From Auanema rhodensis (Eukaryota > Animalia > Nematoda): a stretch of DNA of 64,000 nucleotides. The position numbers were made by a program, and so were the translations under genes. The DNA is taken from contig OZ059895.1 in the NCBI GenBank assembly GCA_964057225.1, forward strand, positions 11,532,001-11,596,000, written 5' to 3'. Each line of letters begins with the position of its first letter. Within the stretch, counting starts at the first letter, position 1. Below, one piece after another: positions 54,601 through 64,000 of the stretch. The notes under the pieces were generated by a model that ran no database searches, had not been told where the DNA came from, and saw nothing but the letters and a program-made list of their open reading frames with translations.

Positions 54601-57600
54601 TGTTCAAACACTATACAACTGTGAAACCTTTTTAATTTCTTGTATTTGGAGCTCATAAGATTTGATATCATTGAGAAATTTAGATAGAACGTGGAAAATT
54701 ACATAACTACCATGAAATTGGAAAAAACTATAACGAGGATAAGTATGTAAATCATTGAATATCAGATATTTTTGCTTACAACTATACCACGTTGTAAGTA
54801 CGCCATGCCGCTGATTTTCAATTTTAACTCTTTTGTAACAAATGTTTTCAATTTTCAAGCAGTTTTACTCAGATAGCTTAACCCAAGGCAGCAAATTATC
54901 TTCAATATTATTTCTATCTTACAGTTATAAACCAATAGTTAATGAACCATCATCTTACCTTTACTGTTTCTATCTATTTCCTATCGAAAGCAACTTTGTT
55001 CAAACACTATACAACTGTGACACCTTTTTCAATTTCTTGTATTTGGAGTTCATAAGATTTGATATCATCGAGGGATTCAGATAGAACGTGGAAAATTACA
55101 TAACTAACATGAAATTGGGAAAAAATTATAACGAGGATAAGTATGTGAAACATTGATTATCAGATATTTTCGCTTAGGACCATACCACGTTGAAAGTACG
55201 CCATGCCGCTGATTTTCAATTTTAACTCTTTTGTAACAAATGTTTTCAATTTTCAAGCAGTTTTACTCAGATAGCTTAACCCAAGGCAGCAAATTATCTT
55301 CAATATTATTTCTATCTTACAGTTATAAACCAATAGTTAATGAACCATCATCTTACCTTTACTATTTCTATCTATTTCCTATCAAAACCAACTTTGTTCA
55401 AACACTATACAACTGAGAAGCCTTTTTTAATTTCTTGTATTTGGAGTTCATAAGATTTGATATCATTGAGGGATTTAGATAGAACGTGGAAAATTACATA
55501 ACTACCATGAAATTGGAAAAAACTATAACGAGGATAAGTATGTAAATCATTGACTATCAGATATTTTTGCTTACAACTATACCACGTTGTAAGTACGCCA
55601 TGCCGCTGATTTTCAATTTTAACTCTTTTGTAACAAATGTTTTCAATTTTCAAGCAGTTTTACTCAGATAGCTTAACCTAAAGCAGCAAATTATCTTCAA
55701 TATTATTTCTATCTCACAGTTATAAACCAATAGTTAATGAACCATCATCTTACCCTTATCGTTTCTATCTATTTCCTATCGAAACCAACTTTGTTCAAAA
55801 ACTATACAACTGTGAAACCTTTTTCAATTTCTTGTATTTGGAGCTCATAAAATTTGATATCATTGAGGGATCCAGATAGAACGTGGAAAATTACGTAACT
55901 AACATGAAATTGGAAAAAACTATAACGAGGATAAGTATGTGAATCATTGAATATCAGATATTTTCGCTTAGGACCATACCACGTTGAAAGTACGCCATGC
56001 CGCTGATTTTCAATTTTAACTCTTTTGTAACAAATGTTTTCAATTTTCAAGCAGTTTTAGTCAGATAGCTTAACCCAAGGCAGCAAATTATCTTCAATAT
56101 TATTTCTATCTCACAGTTATAAACCAATAGTTAATGAACCATCATCTTACCCTTATCGTTTCTATCTATTTCCTATCGAAACCAACTTTGTTCAAAAACT
56201 ATACAACTGTGAAACCTTTTTCAATTTCTTGTATTTGGAGCTCATAAAATTTGATATCATTGAGGGATCCAGATAGAACGTGGAAAATTACGTAACTAAC
56301 ATAAAATTGGAAAAAACTATAACGAGGATAAGTATGTGAATCATTGAATATCAGATATTTTCGCTTAGGACCATACCACGTTGAAAGTACGCCATGCCGC
56401 TGATTTTCAATTTTAACTCTTTTGTAACAAATGTTTTCAATTTTCAAGCAGTTTTAGTCAGATAGCTTAACCCAAGGCAGCAAATTATCTTCAATATTAT
56501 TTCTATCTTACAGATATAAACCAATAGTTAATGAAACATCATCTTACCCTTATCGTTTCTATCTATTTCCTATCGAAACCAACTTTGTTCAAAAACTATA
56601 CAACTGTGAAACCTTTTTCAATTTCTTGTATTTGGAGCTCATAAGATTTGATATCATTGAGGGATCCAGATAGAACGTGGAAAATTACGTAACTAACATG
56701 AAATTGGAAAAAACTATAACGAGGATAAGTATGTGAATCATTGAATATCAGATATTTTCGCTTAGGACCATACCACGTTGAAAGTACGCCATGCCGCTGA
56801 TTTTCAATTTTAACTCTTTTGTAACAAATTTTTTCAATTTTCAAGCAGTTTTACTCAGATAGCTTAACCCAAGGCAGCAAATTATCTTCAATATTATTTC
56901 TATCTTACAGTTATAAACCAATAGTTAATGAACCATCATCTTACATTTACTGTTTCTATCTATTTCCTATCGAAAGCAACTTTGTTCAAACACTATACAA
57001 CTGTGAAACCTTTTTTAATTTCTTGTATTTGGAGCTCATAAGATTTGATATCATCGAGGGATCCAGATAGAACGTGGAAAATTACGTAACTAACATGAAA
57101 TTGGAAAAAACTATAACGAGGATAAGTATGTAAATCATTGAATACCAGATATTTTTGCTTACAACTATACCACGTTGTAAGTACACCATGCCGCTGATTT
57201 TCAATTTTAACTCTTTTGTAACAAATGTTTTCAATTTTCAAGCAGTTTTACTCAAATAGCTTAACCCAAGGCAGCAAATTATCTTCAATATTATTTCTAT
57301 CTTACAGTTATAAACCAATAGTTAAAGAACCATCATCTTACCTTTACTGTTTCTATCTATTTCCTATCGAGAGCAACTTTGTTCAAACACTATACAACTG
57401 TGAAACCTTTTTTAATTTCTTGTATTTGGAGCTCATAAGATTTGATGTCATCGAGGGATCCAGATAGAACGTGGAAAATTACGTAACTAACATGAAATTG
57501 GAAAAAACTATAACGAGGATAAGTATGTAAATCATTAAATACCAGATATTTTTGCTTACAACTATACCACGTTGTAAGTACACCATGCCGCTGATTTTCA

Positions 57601-60600
57601 ATTTTAACTCTTTTGTAACAAATGTTTTCAATTTTCAAGCAGTTTTACTCAAATAGCTTAACCCAAGGCAGCAAATTATCTTCAATATTATTTCTATCTT
57701 ACAGTTATAAACCAATAGTTAATGAACCATCATCTTACCTTTAATGTTTCTATGTATTTCCTATCGAAAGCAACTTTGTTCAAACACTATACAACTGTGA
57801 AACCTTTTTAATTTCTTGTATTTGGAGCTCATAAGATTTGATATCATTGAGAAATTTAGATAGAACGTGGAAAATTACATAACTACCATGAAATTGGAAA
57901 AAACTATAACGAGGATAAGTATGTAAATCATTGAATATCAGATATTTTTGCTTACAACTATACCACGTTGTAAGTACGCCATGCCGCTGATTTTCAATTT
58001 TAACTCTTTTGTAACAAATGTTTTCAATTTTCAAGCAGTTTTACTCAGATAGCTTAACCCAAGGCAGCAAATTATCTTCAATATTATTTCTATCTTACAG
58101 TTATAAACCAATAGTTAATGAACCATCATCTTACATTTACTGTTTCTATCTATTTCCTATCGAAAGCAACTTTGTTCAAACACTATACAACTGTGAAACC
58201 TTTTTTAATTTCTTGTATTTGGAGCTCATAAGATTTGATATCATCGAGGGATCCAGATAGAACGTGGAAAATTACGTAACTAACATGAAATTGGAAAAAA
58301 CTATAACGAGGATAAGTATGTAAATCATTGACTATCAGATATTTTTGCTTACAACTATACCACGTTGTAAGTACGCCATGCCGCTGATTTTCAATTTTAA
58401 CTCTTTTGTGACAAATGTTTTCAATTTTCAAGCAGTTTTACTCAAATAGCTTAACCCAAGGCAGCAAATTATCTTCAATATTATTTCTATCTTACAGTTA
58501 TAAACCAATAGTTAATGAACCATCATCTTACCTTTACTGTTTCTATCTATTTCCTATCGAGAGCAACTTTGTTCAAACACTATACAACTGTGAAACCTTT
58601 TTTAATTTCTTGTATTTGGAGCTCATAAGATTTGATGTCATCGAGGGATCCAGATAGAACGTGGAAAATTACGTAACTAACATGAAATTGGAAAAAACTA
58701 TAACGAGGATAAGTATGTAAATCATTAAATACCAGATATTTTTGCTTACAACTATACCACGTTGTAAGTACACCATGCCGCTGATTTTCAATTTTAACTC
58801 TTTTGTAACAAATGTTTTCAATTTTCAAGCAGTTTTACTCAGATAGCTTAACCCAAGGCAGCAAATTATCTTCAATATTATTTCTATCTTACAGTTATAA
58901 ACCAATAGTTAATGAACCATCATCTTACCTTTACTGTTTCTATCTATTTCCTATCGAAAGCAACTTTGTTCAAACACTATACAACTGTGACACCTTTTTC
59001 AATTTCTTGTATTTGGAGTTCATAAGATTTGATATCATTGAGGGATCCAGATAGAACGTGGAAAATTACGTAACTAACATGAAATTGGAAAAAACTATAA
59101 CGAGGATAAGTATGTGAAACATTGATTATCAGATATTTTCGCTTAGGACCATACCACGTTGAAAGTACGCCATGCCGCTGATTTTCAATTTTAACTCTTT
59201 TGTAACAAATGTTTTCAATTTTCAAGCAGTTTTACTCAGATAGCTTAACCCAAGGCAGCAAATTATCTTCAATATTATTTCTATCTTACAGTTATAAACC
59301 AATAGTTAATGAACCATCATCTTACTTTTACTATTTCTATCTATTTCCTATCAAAACCAACTTTGTTCAAACACTATACAACTGAGAAGCCTTTTTTAAT
59401 TTCTTGTATTTGGAGTTCATAAGATTTGATATCATTGAGGGATTTAGATAGAACGTGGAAAATTACATAACTACCATGAAATTGGAAAAAACTATAACGA
59501 GGATAAGTATGTAAATCATTGACTATCAGATATTTTTGCTTACAACTATACCACGTTGTAAGTACGCCATGCCGCTGATTTTCAATTTTAACTCTTTTGT
59601 AACAAATGTTTTCAATTTTCAAGCAGTTTTACTCAGATAGCTTAACCCAAAGCAGCAAATTATCTTCAATATTATTTCTATCTCACAGTTATAAACCAAT
59701 AGTTAATGAACCATCATCTTACCCTTATCGTTTCTATCTATTTCCTATCGAAACCAACTTTGTTCAAAAACTATACAACTGTGAAACCTTTTTCAATTTC
59801 TTGTATTTGGAGCTCATAAAATTTGATATCATTGAGGGATCCAGATAGAACGTGGAAAATTACGTAACTAACATGAAATTGGAAAAAACTATAACGAGGA
59901 TAAGTATGTGAATCATTGAATATCAGATATTTTCGCTTAGGACCATACCACGTTGAAAGTACGCCATGCCGCTGATTTTCAATTTTAACTCTTTTGTAAC
60001 AAATGTTTTCAATTTTCAAGCAGTTTTAGTCAGATAGCTTAACCCAAGGCAGCAAATTATCTTCAATATTATTTCTATCTCACAGTTATAAACCAATAGT
60101 TAATGAACCATCATCTTACCCTTATCGTTTCTATCTATTTCCTATCGAAACCAACTTTGTTCAAAAACTATACAACTGTGAAACCTTTTTCAATTTCTTG
60201 TATTTGGAGCTCATAAAATTTGATATCATTGAGGGATCCAGATAGAACGTGGAAAATTACGTAACTAACATAAAATTGGAAAAAACTATAACGAGGATAA
60301 GTATGTGAATCATTGAATATCAGATATTTTCGCTTAGGACCATACCACGTTGAAAGTACGCCATGCCGCTGATTTTCAATTTTAACTCTTTTGTAACAAA
60401 TGTTTTCAATTTTCAAGCAGTTTTAGTCAGATAGCTTAACCCAAGGCAGCAAATTATCTTCAATATTATTTCTATCTTACAGATATAAACCAATAGTTAA
60501 TGAAACATCATCTTACCCTTATCGTTTCTATCTATTTCCTATCGAAACCAACTTTGTTCAAAAACTATACAACTGTGAAACCTTTTTCAATTTCTTGTAT

Positions 60601-63600
60601 TTGGAGCTCATAAGATTTGATATCATTGAGGGATCCAGATAGAACGTGGAAAATTACGTAACTAACATGAAATTGGAAAAAACTATAACGAGGATAAGTA
60701 TGTGAATCATTGAATATCAGATATTTTCGCTTAGGACCATACCACGTTGAAAGTACGCCATGCCGCTGATTTTCAATTTTAACTCTTTTGTAACAAATTT
60801 TTTCAATTTTCAAGCAGTTTTACTCAGATAGCTTAACCCAAGGCAGCAAATTATCTTCAATATTAGTTCTATCTTACAGTTATAAACCAATAGTTAATGA
60901 ACCATCATCTTACATTTACTGTTTCTATCTATTTCCTATCGAAAGCAACTTTGTTCAAACACTATACAACTGTGAAACCTTTTTTAATTTCTTGTATTTG
61001 GAGCTCATAAGATTTGATATCATCGAGGGATCCAGATAGAACGTGGAAAATTACGTAACTAACATGAAATTGGAAAAAACTATAACGAGGATAAGTATGT
61101 AAATCATTGAATACCAGATATTTTTGCTTACAACTATACCACGTTGTAAGTACACCATGCCGCTGATTTTCAATTTTAACTCTTTTGTAACAAATGTTTT
61201 CAATTTTCAAGCAGTTTTACTCAAATAGCTTAACCCAAGGCAGCAAATTATCTTCAATATTATTTCTATCTTACAGTTATAAACCAATAGTTAATGAACC
61301 ATCATCTTACCTTTACTGTTTCTATCTATTTCCTATCGAGAGCAACTTTGTTCAAACACTATACAACTGTGAAACCTTTTTTAATTTCTTGTATTTGGAG
61401 CTCATAAGATTTGATGTCATCGAGGGATCCAGATAGAACGTGGAAAATTACGTAACTAACATGAAATTGGAAAAAACTATAACGAGGATAAGTATGTAAA
61501 TCATTAAATACCAGATATTTTTGCTTACAACTATACCACGTTGTAAGTACACCATGCCGCTGATTTTCAATTTTAACTCTTTTGTAACAAATGTTTTCAA
61601 TTTTCAAGCAGTTTTACTCAGATAGCTTAACCCAAGGCAGCAAATTATCTTCAATATTATTTCTATCTTACAGTTATAAACCAATAGTTAATGAACCATC
61701 ATCTTACCTTTAATGTTTCTATGTATTTCCTATCGAAAGCAACTTTGTTCAAACACTATACAACTGTGAAACCTTTTTAATTTCTTGTATTTGGAGCTCA
61801 TAAGATTTGATATCATTGAGAAATTTAGATAGAACGTGGAAAATTACATAACTACCATGAAATTGGAAAAAACTATAACGAGGATAAGTATGTAAATCAT
61901 TGAATATCAGATATTTTTGCTTACAACTATACCACGTTGTAAGTACGCCATGCCGCTGATTTTCAATTTTAACTCTTTTGTAACAAATGTTTTCAATTTT
62001 CAAGCAGTTTTACTCAGATAGCTTAACCCAAGGCAGCAAATTATCTTCAATATTATTTCTATCTTACAGTTATAAACCAATAGTTAATGAACCATCATCT
62101 TACCTTTACTGTTTCTATCTATTTCCTATCGAAAGCAACTTTGTTCAAACACTATACAACTGTGACACCTTTTTCAATTTCTTGTATTTGGAGTTCATAA
62201 GATTTGATATCATCGAGGGATTCAGATAGAACGTGGAAAATTACATAACTAACATGAAATTGGGAAAAAATTATAACGAGGATAAGTATGTGAAACATTG
62301 ATTATCAGATATTTTCGCTTAGGACCATACCACGTTGAAAGTACGCCATGCCGCTGATTTTCAATTTTAACTCTTTTGTAACAAATGTTTTCAATTTTCA
62401 AGCAGTTTTACTCAGATAGCTTAACCCAAGGCAGCAAATTATCTTCAATATTATTTCTATCTTACAGTTATAAACCAATAGTTAATGAACCATCATCTTA
62501 CCTTTACTATTTCTATCTATTTCCTATCAAAACCAACTTTGTTCAAACACTATACAACTGAGAAGCCTTTTTTAATTTCTTGTATTTGGAGTTCATAAGA
62601 TTTGATATCATTGAGGGATTTAGATAGAACGTGGAAAATTACATAACTACCATGAAATTGGAAAAAACTATAACGAGGATAAGTATGTAAATCATTGACT
62701 ATCAGATATTTTTGCTTACAACTATACCACGTTGTAAGTACGCCATGCCGCTGATTTTCAATTTTAACTCTTTTGTAACAAATGTTTTCAATTTTCAAGC
62801 AGTTTTACTCAGATAGCTTAACCCAAAGCAGCAAATTATCTTCAATATTATTTCTATCTCACAGTTATAAACCAATAGTTAATGAACCATCATCTTACCC
62901 TTATCGTTTCTATCTATTTCCTATCGAAACCAACTTTGTTCAAAAACTATACAACTGTGAAACCTTTTTCAATTTCTTGTATTTGGAGCTCATAAAATTT
63001 GATATCATTGAGGGATCCAGATAGAACGTGGAAAATTACGTAACTAACATGAAATTGGAAAAAACTATAACGAGGATAAGTATGTGAATCATTGAATATC
63101 AGATATTTTCGCTTAGGACCATACCACGTTGAAAGTACGCCATGCCGCTGATTTTCAATTTTAACTCTTTTGTAACAAATGTTTTCAATTTTCAAGCAGT
63201 TTTAGTCAGATAGCTTAACCCAAGGCAGCAAATTATCTTCAATATTATTTCTATCTCACAGTTATAAACCAATAGTTAATGAACCATCATCTTACCCTTA
63301 TCGTTTCTATCTATTTCCTATCGAAACCAACTTTGTTCAAAAACTATACAACTGTGAAACCTTTTTCAATTTCTTGTATTTGGAGCTCATAAAATTTGAT
63401 ATCATTGAGGGATCCAGATAGAACGTGGAAAATTACGTAACTAACATAAAATTGGAAAAAACTATAACGAGGATAAGTATGTGAATCATTGAATATCAGA
63501 TATTTTCGCTTAGGACCATACCACGTTGAAAGTACGCCATGCCGCTGATTTTCAATTTTAACTCTTTTGTAACAAATGTTTTCAATTTTCAAGCAGTTTT

Positions 63601-64000
63601 AGTCAGATAGCTTAACCCAAGGCAGCAAATTATCTTCAATATTATTTCTATCTTACAGATATAAACCAATAGTTAATGAAACATCATCTTACCCTTATCG
63701 TTTCTATCTATTTCCTATCGAAACCAACTTTGTTCAAAAACTATACAACTGTGAAACCTTTTTCAATTTCTTGTATTTGGAGCTCATAAGATTTGATATC
63801 ATTGAGGGATCCAGATAGAACGTGGAAAATTACGTAACTAACATGAAATTGGAAAAAACTATAACGAGGATAAGTATGTGAATCATTGAATATCAGATAT
63901 TTTCGCTTAGGACCATACCACGTTGAAAGTACGCCATGCCGCTGATTTTCAATTTTAACTCTTTTGTAACAAATTTTTTCAATTTTCAAGCAGTTTTACT
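42139..64000 (+). repeat. Higher-order repeat domain: 8-monomer HOR (A-H, 3176 bp) with structural variants
   Basis: Full copies: 44918-48093, 49682-52857, 59209-62384. Variants: 42139-44917 (7-mer), 48094-49681 (EFGH), 52858-55239 (ABEFGH), 55240-59208 (ABCDEFG+E'FH'), 62385-64000 (ABCD, cut by the window). The 396-bp G monomer recurs at 44124, 47300, 48888, 52064, 54446, 57622 and 61591. Confidence 0.93.

Larger units (their letters stand above)
1..64000. repeat. Satellite DNA tandem array, ~397-398 bp AT-rich monomer, 161 complete copies, all in the same orientation, open at both window ends
   Basis: The same sequence recurs at 13, 411, 808, 1206 ... 63576, 63973; mean period is (63973-13)/161 = 397.3 bp. 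No unique sequence was seen anywhere. Monomers differ only by scattered substitutions and 1-3 bp indels. Confidence 0.99.

Noticed and set aside
13-63024. Repeated 80-aa plus-strand ORF (MFSIFKQFY...) as a tandem gene family
   Set aside because: No recognisable domain, and the F/Y/S/L/I bias simply reflects AT-rich DNA. Recurrent variants are largely non-synonymous. Nonsense, start-loss and frameshift alleles (TTTGTAG, TTTTAGTC, AACTGAG, CTTTAATG, ATG>ATT, T deletion) are amplified freely, and five of the eight HOR monomers lack the ORF.
2565-63989. Repeated 82/84-aa minus-strand ORF (MKIENICYKR...) and 61-aa ORFs at 37220 and 38809
   Set aside because: Their presence depends on the 397/398-bp homopolymer indel and single SNPs. 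There is no sign of coding constraint or homology that I recognise.
1-64000. CRISPR array or diversity-generating cassette system
   Set aside because: There are no unique spacers and no associated genes. Whole units are repeated, and the variation is explained by satellite turnover.
1-64000. 5S rDNA, tRNA, snRNA or spliced-leader tandem gene array
   Set aside because: The unit length is compatible with such arrays, but I see no 5S, tRNA or snRNA sequence, no Pol III box A/B/C, and no conserved-gene versus variable-spacer partition. An Infernal/Rfam scan would settle it.
1-64000. Assignment to a named satellite family or organism
   Set aside because: I do not recognise the monomer, and length alone is not diagnostic. 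A database search is needed.
1-64000. Array as a pure sequencing artefact (rolling-circle concatemer)
   Set aside because: Monomers carry structured, position-dependent variants and nested duplications that a concatemer of one template would not produce. Individual near-identical blocks still need read confirmation.

Overview
The whole 64-kb window is one uninterrupted, head-to-tail, single-orientation tandem array of an AT-rich satellite monomer. The monomer is about 31% GC (hand count on monomer 1) and mostly 397-398 bp (range 395-399). There are 161 complete monomers between positions 13 and 63972, and the array runs off both ends. I find no genes, RNA genes, transposon insertions, inversions or CRISPR. 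The repeated 80/82-aa ORFs are by-products of the monomer and are broken by stops, lost starts and frameshifts in many copies. The informative structure is in the monomer variants. (i) The consensus shifts from a 398-bp left type to a 397-bp right type at about 19-22 kb. (ii) There are local block duplications of 7, 5, 6/7, 8, 2 and 4 monomers. (iii) An 8-monomer, 3176-bp higher-order repeat (HOR) dominates 42-64 kb, with 4-, 6-, 7- and 10-monomer variants, and its building blocks appear separately further left. (iv) Chimeric monomers mark in-register crossovers and short conversion tracts. (v) The variant spectrum looks rich in CG- and CHG-context transitions. This resembles eukaryotic heterochromatic (possibly centromeric or subtelomeric) satellite DNA. 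I cannot assign the family or organism from sequence alone. Monomer coordinates use the conserved (A)ATGTTTTCAATT position as an arbitrary start.
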